Source: Histomonas meleagridis 2922-C6/04-290x
Lineage: Eukaryota > Protista > Parabasalia
Length of the DNA stretch: 64,000 bases
Assembly: GCA_020184695.1 (NCBI GenBank)
Contig: JAANOX010000200.1
Coordinates: forward strand, 23,557 to 87,556
Direction: 5' to 3'
Part shown: positions 44,798 to 55,399 of the stretch, piece by piece
Layout: the number at the start of each line of letters is the position of its first letter
How positions within the stretch are numbered: the stretch's first letter is position 1
The notes under the pieces: generated by a model
Databases searched by the model: none
What the model saw: the letters and a program-made list of their open reading frames with translations, nothing else
What the model was told of the DNA's origin: nothing
Program-made: the position numbers and the translations under genes

Positions 44798-44888
44798 TGG
44801 TGTGACGGTTACGGTTATTACCTGACATCGTTTGAGTCGATTGTAAAGTAAAGAAATTTATTGTAAAAAAAACGTTAAATTAAAAATA

Positions 44889-45413
44889 ATGATTTTTTTT
44901 CTCTTTTCAAATACATTATGTTGGAGTTTTGCAACATATGATGAAATGGAATCAAAGTGTTCATTATGTACTCGTATTTTAAATCATAAAACAGATAAGC
45001 TAATTTTAAATCCAATTAATGGAAGCGAATGTATGAAAAATTCATCAAATAAAATTTGTCAATTTATTAAAGACATTTCGGAAACAATAAATAAAACACA
45101 AAATGATTCAGTGAAAATAAACTATTGTCAAAGAATTTTTGCATGTCCACCAAAAGTTCCAGATGATTTTACTGGTGTTCGTTGTGAGACTTGCATTGGA
45201 ATTGCTGATTATCTTTTTCATCATCAAAAATCAGTTAGAAAAAAAGCATTTTTTAGTTATTGTACTACACATCATGTTTCAACATTATCATTTTGTGGTG
45301 ATATTATAGAAGAAGGATTGGATGATTTTTTGGATGATATGGAAGAAATTTCTGATGCTGTTCAATTTTGTCATTCCTCTCATTTTTGCAGAACAACAAA
45401 ATCTGATCTGTAA
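44889..45413 (+). CDS. Saposin-like protein with two degenerate SapB domains
   Basis: Signal peptide; CSLC..C..C..C..C and CETC..C..C..FCHSSHFC. Confidence 0.7.
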   Translation: MIFFLFSNTLCWSFATYDEMESKCSLCTRILNHKTDKLILNPINGSECMKNSSNKICQFIKDISETINKTQNDSVKINYCQRIFACPPKVPDDFTGVRCETCIGIADYLFHHQKSVRKKAFFSYCTTHHVSTLSFCGDIIEEGLDDFLDDMEEISDAVQFCHSSHFCRTTKSDL

Positions 45414-45791
45414 GATAAAATAAAGTTATTATAATGTATATGTAGATAAAATAAATAATAAATAAAAATTATTAAGAACTTCATATGGTAAAAAAATGAT
45501 CTAATGTTGAAAACTAAATTTTTGAATGTATTCATATTTTGGCTTAATTAAAGTTAGATTTGATGATTGGCAATTATTGCTCACCAGAAAATAATGGAAA
45601 ATAATATATTTATTAATTTCATAAGGAAATATTTTTATTTGAAAGGAGAAAAATAAAGAATTTAAAAAAGGAACGTTAATGATATTTCTTAACTTTACTT
45701 CGTAAATTTTAAATGTGTAATTGGTCAAAACTCTTGTTGAATTCAATTGGTTTTGAATTTTTTTAAAGGTTTACTTTTTCAATACCCCAAA

Positions 45792-46379
45792 ATGGAAGGA
45801 AACAAAAACAGTAAAAGAAACTATATCAGAAGAAAGAAATATTTGAATGATTGCATAACCCAAGTCAAAGCAACTTTAGAACTCGTAAACATAGCACGTG
45901 GCGAAAAAGTTAATATTGCCGAAAATCAGAAGTTAGCTTTAGCACATGCACAAGCAATAGAGGCTGTTTGTTGGTCTCCTCATTCACGCCTTTCTGCAGA
46001 TGGTTATCAAAAACTTATGAATGCTAAAACGAACGAATTGTGTAGAACAATAATCAAAAAATCACTTCCTGTCGACTTAACACAGCTGCATAAAATAGTG
46101 CCTATTATTCCTGAGAGGCCACAGACGCCTCAACCTTCTCTTCCTGTTCCCATTATTGTTCCTCAATCTGCACCTGTTATCCATTCGATGGACTCATTAT
46201 TTCAAACGCAAGAAGATGACAAGGACTCTTTCCATTTTGTAGCGAGTTTTGAAAACGGAAATGATGGATTTGGTGATTTTGATGAATCACCGTTTTTATC
46301 TATGGACGATAATAACACCTTCCTCGATTCATCAAACCAATTTGATTCGAGCATTAACGAAGATATTTTCTCCATATAA
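45792..46379 (+). CDS. Hypothetical protein with a helical (possibly KIX-like) domain and acidic tail
   Basis: AHAQAIEAVCWSPHSRLSADGYQKLMNAKTNELC; ATG at 45792. Confidence 0.55.
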   Translation: MEGNKNSKRNYIRRKKYLNDCITQVKATLELVNIARGEKVNIAENQKLALAHAQAIEAVCWSPHSRLSADGYQKLMNAKTNELCRTIIKKSLPVDLTQLHKIVPIIPERPQTPQPSLPVPIIVPQSAPVIHSMDSLFQTQEDDKDSFHFVASFENGNDGFGDFDESPFLSMDDNNTFLDSSNQFDSSINEDIFSI

Positions 46380-46830
46380 GCCGAACATTTATGAATTTGC
46401 TGTGGATAATTTTTAATAAATACGATTATTGTGGCTTTACATAAATTTGTAATAAGCATTGAAAGCAATAAGAATGGATTATTGTTAGAATGAAAAAGAT
46501 TTTAGTCTTTTATATCTGATTTGTTTCTTCATTTTTTGTTTTTTAAGAAAACGAAGCTTCACTAAACTTTTTTTAGATATTATAACAAAAATTCGTCCAT
46601 AAAAATTTTCATATCATTACGATTTGTAAAAATTAACTTAAGTTCTTAATGCCAATACAACACTCATGGAATCTTAAAATGACAAAAATTTAAATAAAAC
46701 AAAATACCACCCATCTAACTAATAAAATTTCTTTGTTTTTTCCCACATTGTTTAAATCAAAAATAATTTCAAAAAGTAGTTTTTACGATCAATTTCCCTT
46801 CAATTTTAAGCAATTCCCCTCATTAAGCAA

Positions 46831-49008
46831 ATGGAAAGAAAAAGTTATACTTCTTCCCAAGTTAAAAATTGTTTTCAAAGGCTTTCACAGCTTGAAAAAA
46901 TTATATTTGAAATTTCGAACACTAGTCTTGAAGATTCTGTACAAACAGTATTTGATTTGCTTGAATCTGATTATCCATATTCTTCCAATCTCCTTATATG
47001 CAAGTTTATTTATGCATCTTTTGTTTCACAAAAAAGATTTTTAAATCGCTATTTTCGTTTTATGAAGCTAATTGATATAAAAGTAAATAAAAAAATCTTT
47101 TCTTTATTTGCAAATTTTCTTGATAGGGAGAATTCACAAGAAGCATTTTATATTCTTGAAATACTAAATGAAAAAAAATTAATTGAACCATATTATGTTG
47201 AAAGAAATGCCTCTTTATTTTTTGTTCATCATATGTCGCTTCGAGAAATTAAAAATGCAATTGAATTCAATCGCTCCATGTTTTGTACACGATTCAAAGA
47301 AAATATTGAAGAACTTTCAAAGAATGATTGGGAACTTCATAAAAAATATGTTAAAGAAGGACATAATCCAAATGAAATTGCAAAAATTATTCGAAATGAC
47401 AAAATAGAGAAACTTCAAGAAATATCATCACAAACGAATTTTGATTTTAATCAAACAATTGAACCATCACTTTATGAAAGATGTTCATTTATTAATCAAA
47501 GAAAAGTTACATTAATTGATTATGCAGCATTTTTTTCATCAGTAAAATGTTTTAAATATTTACTTATGAATGGTTGTAATATCGAAGATACATTAAAATA
47601 TGCAATTGCAGGTGGAAATTTAGAGATAATTCATTTATGTGAACAAAATCATTCATCATATAAAGGTGCATATGAAGCAGCAATTGAATTTCATCGAAAT
47701 GATATCGTCAAATATTATTATGATAATAAAATTATTGAAATTAATGACTTAAAAGAATTAGGGATTGAATGTATATATTATCATAATTATATAATTTTTT
47801 CATTTCTTATTGACGAGGGAATGAAAATAACCAATTTTAATATGGAGTTAAGCGGAATTAGTAATATTTTCCTTATTGAGCTGTTTTATGATGAAAAACA
47901 AATACAAAAAGATTCGTTGATTTCTTTCTCTGATAAAGGAAATATTGAACTTGTTGAATATCTTCTTCACAAAGGATTTGATGTTAATGCTAAAAATATT
48001 TATAGATTTTATTTGTACTTTATTCCAATCATTTGAATTTTCAATCTAAAAAATAGAATTTAATTAAATTATTTGAAACAGCACTTTTAAAAGCATCCAA
48101 AAATAATAACACTGAAATTATTCGTTTGCTTCTTGATCAAAAAGAAATTAATGTCAACATTAAAGATGTAAAATTAAGTGATTTCGAGTTTACTTCTTTA
48201 ATGGTATGTTTTAAAAATGAATATGGAATTTATTATAATTATTTAGAACAGCACTCATCAACACTATTGAGTACAATCAGATTGAAATAGTTAAATTACT
48301 TCTTAATAAAGGAATTAATGTCAATGCGAAAAATGTTTTTTTATTTTGTTTAAAATTTATTATAATTATATGTTAATACTTAGCAATAATATTTGGAAAT
48401 TATTTAAATTATTTAAAACAGCACTTATGACTGCATGTGAAAAAGGTTACACAGAAATAGTTAAATTGCTTCTTAAACAAGAAGGTATTAATATTAATGC
48501 TACAAATGTTTATTTGCTTAATCTGAATTTTGTTTTAAGATTTTGATATTTCAAAATATTACTTGGAATATATATTTTTTATTTCAAACATCGCTTATGA
48601 TTGCATCTTATTTTAATCATATAGAAATTGTTCAATTGCTTCTTAAACAAAACGGAATCAGAATCAATACGAAAGACGTTTAATTGTTTTGTTTGAATTT
48701 TATAACTATGTTTTAAAATTCACGAATAAAATTTGGAAATTATCATAAAGATTTGATACAGCACTTATTTTAGCATCTAGAAAGGGTTGTTTAGGAATTG
48801 TAGAATTACTATTAGAGCAAGATAATATTGATTTTAAGACTAAAAATGTTATTTTATTTTGAAAAATATTTATATATTTAATTTTTTGTTTTTAAAAAAT
48901 TTATGGAATTTATAATAGTTTTTTGAAGCAGCAATTTCAAATGCATTGCGAAATGGTCATATTGAAATAATATTTTTGCTTTTGGAAGCTTATTTCTTTC
49001 CACGGTAA
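46831..49008 (+). CDS. DUF3447-type ankyrin-repeat gene C with six frame-breaking spacers
   Basis: ORF from 46831, then modules at 48078, 48248, 48418, 48588, 48758 and a terminal module 48928-49008 ending in TAA. Confidence 0.85.
47998..48927 (+). repeat. Array C: spacers of 80, 80, 83, 80, 80 and 80 nt; strict 170-nt period
   Basis: 47998-48077, 48168-48247, 48335-48417, 48508-48587, 48678-48757, 48848-48927. Confidence 0.93.
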
Positions 49009-49294
49009 TTTTTCATTTTAAAACTTATGTTTAATTTTCTTTTTGATCATTATGTTCATTAGCTTTACTCCATTAGAAATTTCGAAAGTACTTCAAAATC
49101 ATGAATTAATTGTAAAGCTTCAAAAAATATCAAATAATAAGTTTCTTTAATCATATAATTAAAACATTATTATATGAAAGATATTTATTGATTAATATTG
49201 AAAATATTTCACTAACTGATTACTGTTCATTTCTTGGTTAGATTTCATTTATTAAATTTTTTTTAATAAAAAAAATTCGAAAATTAAAATACAT

Positions 49295-49405
49295 CTAATA
49301 TATTTAAATATGCAAGTGCTGATAGAAACTTAGAAATTATTTATTTATGTGAACAAAATAATTCATCATTTACAGCATGCTGCTTTACATCGAAATGAAA
49401 TTATT
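49295..49405 (+). pseudogene. Small DUF3447-family remnant
   Basis: Resembles KYA..NLEIIHLCEQN and HRNE of neighbouring family members. Confidence 0.5.
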
Positions 49406-49560
49406 CATGATCTTTTTAAAAATAAAAATATACATTACAGTTTCAGGCAGAGATAAATACTTGTTAAGACTAGTTTAATAGGCTTTAAAAAGTAAAGATT
49501 GTGGTGAAAAAACAAATTAAATTTAGAAAACGATTATAAATATATCGAATTAAAATTAAT

Positions 49561-50211
49561 TTAGTGTTTTAATCCCCTTTGTTCAAGTAATGCCTTATAG
49601 GCTTCGGCCTTCTTTTGAGCTGCCTCTCTGCGAGCCTTCTTCTCCTTCAAGAACTTGGCCTTGCGTGCAAGACGACGTGGTGTGATCAAACGTTGGATCT
49701 TTGGTTGTGTGAATTTGCCTGGTTTAACTTCACGACGAAGAACGAGTTTGGTAACATCGGCTTTCTTGTCAGCACCAAAGATAGCCCTGATCCTTGTAGC
49801 ACGCTTTGGACCATAACGACGTGGAACAACTTTATCAGTAAGTCCTTCGATTTCGGCATCTCCTTTCTTAAGAACAATGAGATGAAGAGCAGAGATTTCT
49901 GAGGAAATAACACAGCCACGAACTGTCTTTCTCTTGCGTTCTCCATCTTTGCGTGGGCGATAGCATGAAGTACCAGCACGGAGAAGGAGACGAACACGAC
50001 GTGGTGTAAGTACACCTTGTTTCATTGGGAAGCCTTGTTTGTCGAATCCACCACCAAGACGGAAAAGATATCCTGCGAATTGTTGACCAAGAATTGAACC
50101 ATCGATATCCTGACCAAGACGATGATCGTAAAGACTGTTAAGAGCAACTGGATCTTCTACGTCAATGCATATTTGTGTTCCGTGATCTGGATAAGCTAAT
50201 GTAAGCCTCAT
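49561..50211 (-). CDS. RPS6: 40S ribosomal protein S6 (eS6)
   Basis: GGFDKQGFPMKQGVL, GERKRKTVRGC, PRRYGPKRATRIR, PKIQRLITP. Confidence 0.97.
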   Translation of the reverse strand: MRLTLAYPDHGTQICIDVEDPVALNSLYDHRLGQDIDGSILGQQFAGYLFRLGGGFDKQGFPMKQGVLTPRRVRLLLRAGTSCYRPRKDGERKRKTVRGCVISSEISALHLIVLKKGDAEIEGLTDKVVPRRYGPKRATRIRAIFGADKKADVTKLVLRREVKPGKFTQPKIQRLITPRRLARKAKFLKEKKARREAAQKKAEAYKALLEQRGLKH

Positions 50212-50403
50212 GTAAAAGGAAGGACCATAACCGTTAAATTTAACTATCTTTGTTTCGGTTATTTGACCAAAACGCGCTTCTGGCTTTATTGGCGGTTAGT
50301 AAAATTTCTGTACATTACTTGAAATATTTTGAATGTGTACTTGGTCTGATGCGGTTTGGTGTTAGTTGCTCTCAATTTTTGAGAGGGTGAAGTGGTTATT
50401 TGC

Positions 50404-51054
50404 ATGGAAAAAACCACAATCCAAGCACAAGCAAAAATATCAATGCAAAATTTGAATTCACTACAATCTAATCGCAAAGTTGTTGTCATTGGTGATTCGG
50501 GTGTTGGGAAAACAACAGTTATCAAAAAACTTATGAGTGGCCAATTTATTGAACTTTTACCAACAGTTGGAGTCGAATACAATTTATATGAGGCTCGCAT
50601 TAATCAAGGAATCATAAAACTTAATGTTTGGGACACAGCTGGCCAAGAAAAATATCAAGCTGTCGTTAAAGGATTTTTTCGGAATGCATTTGGTGCTATT
50701 TTAATGTATTCAATAGACAACAAGATATCATTTACTCGCACAAGTAAGTGGCTTGATGATTTCCGTCAACTTGCTCTTCCGGATGCTCCTGTTATTTTAG
50801 TCGGAAATAAGAATGATCTGGATGAATCAAGAGCTGTAACTGTTGAAGAAGGAGCAGCGTATGCATGTAAACTTGGTATGGATTTTTTTGAAACATCAGC
50901 AAAAACAGGTGAAAACATTGAAGAAGTTTTCAGAAAATTAGCACAATTAATTGAAAATCAAATCGAAACATATGAAGCATCACTAGAAACAGATCAAAAT
51001 GAGGTTGAATTACAACCGAAAGACAAAAAGAGCTGTTGTAATCAACAACATTAA
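50404..51054 (+). CDS. Rab-family small GTPase; start at 50404 or 50443
   Basis: GDSGVGKT, WDTAGQE, NKND, ETSAK, C-terminal SCC. Confidence 0.92.
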   Translation: MEKTTIQAQAKISMQNLNSLQSNRKVVVIGDSGVGKTTVIKKLMSGQFIELLPTVGVEYNLYEARINQGIIKLNVWDTAGQEKYQAVVKGFFRNAFGAILMYSIDNKISFTRTSKWLDDFRQLALPDAPVILVGNKNDLDESRAVTVEEGAAYACKLGMDFFETSAKTGENIEEVFRKLAQLIENQIETYEASLETDQNEVELQPKDKKSCCNQQH

Positions 51055-51481
51055 TATATATCATGATAAATTTACCATTTTTTACAGCGAATCTTAAGAT
51101 ATAATTTTATTGTATCGCAGTTATTCGTTGATTCATATAATAAATAAAATAAATTTATACTTTCAGCAAAACATGAATTTGTAAAGTAATGAAAATATTT
51201 TCGTTTTTCATTGAATTTAATGAAAAAGTGGATTAATTGTAAGTTTTACTCAATAAGGTAGAAACTTTTTATTCATTACCTCTAAGGTCATACATTATAA
51301 GGGCTAAAAATGAGATAATAAAATTTTATTGTAAACCATTTTCATGTCCTTTAAATTTATCAGAATTGAAAATTTTAAAATGTTTATACCTGAGCAAGTA
51401 CTTTATATTTTAGTACTAAAAGCATAAATTTATATGCAAAATAAAGAAATTGAGTTTTACTAACGAAATATATATTTTTGT

Positions 51482-52840
51482 TTAATTCTGTGTAAATAAT
51501 ACATCACCTACTGTTATAGGTTCTTCATCATGCATTTTTTGTGAATCATCTTCTTTTTCGATATCTTCAAAGCAAGCTGCTGCCAAAAGGGATAAAATTA
51601 AACCAATATTAATTGGTAACCATAAGGCAAATGAATATAATTTTGGAGGATGTTTTTGCGTATCTGATTTGATTTTAGTGTAATTTAACAATAAACCTGA
51701 AAGAATATGAAATATTCCGCAACCTGTAAATCCCATAAAATTGACGAGTCCTATTGCAGAAGCAGATTTTGAGCACTCAAATGTTTCACGCACAAAAGGA
51801 AACAAAACAGAAGCACATGCACCTGTGCTAATTGCAAATAAAAATAATAAAGCAAAAATCCATCCAAATAAAAGTTTTTCATTAATTTCTGATATGATAG
51901 AAGATACAACAATAGCAACAAAAGATCCACAAAATAAAACCCATTTTCTTGTTCTTAAAAAATTTGATAAAATTGGTAACAATAATACACCAACAATAAA
52001 TGCAATAGATAAACCTAAAAGAATAATTCCTTTGTCAAAATTTGGAAATACTTCATCAATATAACAACCACTGTAAAAAGAAGCTAAATTATAATAACTT
52101 CCATTACTAAAGAAATTATATAAACTAAATAACCAATATTCTTTTGTTTTAATTATGCTTTTAAAATTCTTAAATAGAACCACTAACAGTTTTTTGAAAT
52201 TTACTGGGATGATTTGATTTTCATTCATTTCCATATAACCAAATTTAGATGGATATCCACGTACAAATAACATAACAAGTATACAAACAGTAAAACCAAT
52301 AATTGAAATACCATAGAATGAGCAACGCCACCCAAATTTGTTTGAAAAAATTTCTAAAGGAGCTTGTGAAAGAATTGCACCAACACCGCCAAATGCTAAA
52401 ATTATACCAGAAAGCAAAGCATACCAACTATATTTAAACCAATAACTTAAAACTTTACAAACAGGGACATAGGTTAAAGCACATCCAATGCCCACAATTA
52501 ATCTTCCAACTATAGCAATTGTTATTGTTTTTGATATACCACAAATTAATGATCCTATTGATGAAAGAGTTAATGAAATACCAATTAAAAAAGAGGGATC
52601 TATTACATCAGCAAAAAGACCTGCAAATGGTTGAAGTACTGCATAAGGCCAAAAAAACATTGAAGAAAAAATTGTTAATTTTGTTTTGTCAACTCCAAAA
52701 GATTTTTCTATTTTATCATATAAAATTGCAGGTAATTGTCGATGAAAGTTTACCAATGCATTGCAAATACAACATATTAAGAAAATAACAAATGAGTGAA
52801 CTTTAAATTTAGTAGAATACACTGGATGATTGCTTTCCAT
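51482..52840 (-). CDS. Major facilitator superfamily transporter
   Basis: About 12 hydrophobic segments; GLFADVI motif A-like; GRLIVGIG. Confidence 0.85.
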   Translation of the reverse strand: MESNHPVYSTKFKVHSFVIFLICCICNALVNFHRQLPAILYDKIEKSFGVDKTKLTIFSSMFFWPYAVLQPFAGLFADVIDPSFLIGISLTLSSIGSLICGISKTITIAIVGRLIVGIGCALTYVPVCKVLSYWFKYSWYALLSGIILAFGGVGAILSQAPLEIFSNKFGWRCSFYGISIIGFTVCILVMLFVRGYPSKFGYMEMNENQIIPVNFKKLLVVLFKNFKSIIKTKEYWLFSLYNFFSNGSYYNLASFYSGCYIDEVFPNFDKGIILLGLSIAFIVGVLLLPILSNFLRTRKWVLFCGSFVAIVVSSIISEINEKLLFGWIFALLFLFAISTGACASVLFPFVRETFECSKSASAIGLVNFMGFTGCGIFHILSGLLLNYTKIKSDTQKHPPKLYSFALWLPINIGLILSLLAAACFEDIEKEDDSQKMHDEEPITVGDVLFTQN

Positions 52841-53011
52841 AATATAATGAATGATCAGAACGAAAGTTAATGTTTTAAGTACTTTACAGAATAAAATGTA
52901 TTCAAATTTAACAACTTTTTATTAAATAACGGTTTTTTTAGTTTTATCAAGATAAACTTCAGTCAAACAGGAAACCAATTAAGCGTCGATGAAATCGAAG
53001 ATGATCCCTTC

Positions 53012-54607
53012 TTGGATGAAAACCTTCTTCAGTTGTTAGGTCCTTTAGAAGCTAAAAGTCATCTTTCTCTTACAAATTTTCAATACCAAAAGATTTTACT
53101 CGATACACAACTTGAAGAACTAAACGAAATAATGAACTCCAAGCAACGGGAAATGCACGAAGAATCTGTTTCATTTCAGCAAACAATAGAAGAAATTATT
53201 AGTGCAATTCGAGAAAAAGTTAAAGTAATCCAAAAACTAGCATCCATTGGGAGTGACCTTTTAGCACACCATTATGAAAACCAGGGAACTCTTAGTGTTA
53301 TCGAAAATGCTATTGACGATTTTAATTATGAAGTTAATACTCTCTCCTCAGCTAACGATTACTTATCAAGGATACTAGAAAGCAACCAACAACATCTTAA
53401 AGAGCTAGAAAGCGAATCAACAAAATTACAAAATCAATATCAAGATCTCGAAAATTCTATAACAAAGTTAATTCCCAAAAAAACCAAAACCAAAATCAAC
53501 AAGCTCAACAAGCAGCTTGTTGACCAAGCCAAAAAAATCAGTAGCATCCAACAAAAATACGAATCACAAATTACTAATCAAGAGCAAACAATATCTGCAC
53601 TCAAAGCACAAATCGAAAACGAAGCTCGAGTAGCTGCAATCCAGTCAACTATTGGCAGCCGAGGGAAAACTCCATTTAAACTTTTGGTTCCGCTTTCGAA
53701 TTCATTCAGGAAGGACAGCACGTACGAGTTCAACAGCAATCACAACGACGGCAGTAACATCGATGGAATGTACACGAATATGTCAATCGAAACATGGAAA
53801 AGCGAAATCGAAGACTTCACGGAATCGAGTGATTTGAATGCTGCAAATTTGTCTGGATCAAAGACATACTCGAAGAATTTAACAATCGATGACTCAATAC
53901 TCGTGGAGAAGAATTCCGGAAGTAGTATAAGTAATCCATTCCAATCAGAAAGCAGTATTAAGAAGACATTAGCGAGTCAATCAGAAAAAGAAAAAGTATC
54001 TCAAAATAGTGACAGAAGTATTTCTTCTAAAAATTATTCTCACAGTATTGAAAGAAGCATGAATGAAAACAGTGACAAAAGTGATTCTTCTCAAAAATAT
54101 TCAGAAAACAGTGACAGAAGTTATTCCTCTCAAAAATATTCAGAAAACAGTGACAGAAGTTATTCCTCTCAAAAATATTCAGAAAACAGTGACAGAAGTT
54201 ATTCTTCTCAAAAATATTCAGAAAACAGTGACAGTAACAATTCTTCTCAAAAATATTCAGAAAACAGTGACAGAAGTTATTCCTCTCAAAAATATTCAGA
54301 AAACAGTGACAGTAACAATTCTTCTCAAAAATATTCAGAAAACAGTGACAGAAGTTATTCCTCTCAAAAATATTCAGAAAACAGTGACAGAAGTTATTCC
54401 TCTCAAAAATATTCAGAAAATAGTGACAAAAGTTATTCCTCTCAAAATTATTCAGAAAGCAATGAAGGTTCCTATTCGGAATCAAGAAGCACCGCACAAT
54501 CCAATCAAAGCAAACCAACCAGGAGCACATCAAGTGAAACATCACAAACAAAAACAGAAAGTACTAGCTCTTACCAATCAGAGAGCTCCACAAGTCGCAA
54601 CTCATAA
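53012..54607 (+). CDS. Coiled-coil protein with a Ser-rich tandem-repeat tail; start codon uncertain
   Basis: 531-aa ORF beginning at TTG; no in-frame ATG seen immediately upstream. Confidence 0.7.
   Translation: MDENLLQLLGPLEAKSHLSLTNFQYQKILLDTQLEELNEIMNSKQREMHEESVSFQQTIEEIISAIREKVKVIQKLASIGSDLLAHHYENQGTLSVIENAIDDFNYEVNTLSSANDYLSRILESNQQHLKELESESTKLQNQYQDLENSITKLIPKKTKTKINKLNKQLVDQAKKISSIQQKYESQITNQEQTISALKAQIENEARVAAIQSTIGSRGKTPFKLLVPLSNSFRKDSTYEFNSNHNDGSNIDGMYTNMSIETWKSEIEDFTESSDLNAANLSGSKTYSKNLTIDDSILVEKNSGSSISNPFQSESSIKKTLASQSEKEKVSQNSDRSISSKNYSHSIERSMNENSDKSDSSQKYSENSDRSYSSQKYSENSDRSYSSQKYSENSDRSYSSQKYSENSDSNNSSQKYSENSDRSYSSQKYSENSDSNNSSQKYSENSDRSYSSQKYSENSDRSYSSQKYSENSDKSYSSQNYSESNEGSYSESRSTAQSNQSKPTRSTSSETSQTKTESTSSYQSESSTSRNS
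54065..54454 (+). repeat. Coding minisatellite, 10 x 39 nt, ENSDRSYSSQKYS
   Basis: Directly visible tandem units with the variants DKSD, DSNN and DKSY. Confidence 0.95.
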
Positions 54608-54823
54608 ATTGAACGATCTGTAATTTTATTTCATCTGCTATGAAGTACAAGCAGTACATCACATAAATTTAAAATAATATTTTGTTCGAATAAAAAAAAA
54701 TTTTTTTATTTTAACAATGAATAAAAAATAAATATGTGAGAATCAAAAAAATGTTTTTCTAATGTTAATATTCCATAAATTTATTGTTTTCTTCATGATA
54801 AAATTCAATAAATTGGTTTTATG

Positions 54824-54915
54824 TTTTCTGACCGATAGGAATTTCAATATGATAAAGGGAGTTTCCATTTGAAAAACTTCCTATATTGAATTTCCTATCG
54901 GCGCATGTCAGAAAA
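54824..54915. promoter_or_regulatory. Imperfect palindrome upstream of the bZIP-like gene
   Basis: CCGATAGGAATTTCAATAT (54832-54850) pairs 18/19 with 54883-54901; outer TTTTCTGAC/GTCAGAAAA. Confidence 0.5.
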
Positions 54916-54985
54916 ATATCGTTAAACAATTTTTGAATCGCAATCGATAAAGAATTCAAAATTCATTCACACAAAATTCGCCAAA

Positions 54986-55318
54986 ATGTCCTTCGCCAAG
55001 CAAGAATTCTTTTTTGACCCCATTGACCAGTTAACTCACGACAGCGAAACTAACGAAGAACAGTTAATTAATTCAAAATCGATATCTCATGAAGTTTACC
55101 AACAATTTCAAACATCACATAAACTATCAAAACAACAGAAAAAGAAGAAAGGAGAATACCTCAAAAAGCTTAACGAAGAAAACAAACAGTTACGAAACTT
55201 AATTATCGAACTTGAAAGAAAGATATCAACAAAAGAGGCAGAAAATTCTCTTCTCCAGAACCAACTTACCTTCTTTAAACAACAGCTTCCGGCAAGCCAA
55301 GACCAAAACGCTGGTTAG
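54986..55318 (+). CDS. Small bZIP-like protein
   Basis: Basic region SKQQKKKKGEYLKKL followed by a leucine zipper; TCATTCAC initiator-like motif upstream. Confidence 0.7.
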   Translation: MSFAKQEFFFDPIDQLTHDSETNEEQLINSKSISHEVYQQFQTSHKLSKQQKKKKGEYLKKLNEENKQLRNLIIELERKISTKEAENSLLQNQLTFFKQQLPASQDQNAG

Positions 55319-55399
55319 GATGTTGATTTATTTTTAAAAAATGTTTTCAATTCATTCTTTTTTATACATAAATAAGTTGTTTTTGCTGTTAACAGTAAT

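Noticed and set aside
54027-54623. Repetitive ORFs 54027-54551 (minus) and 54063-54623 (plus)
   Set aside because: Alternative frames of the 39-nt coding minisatellite
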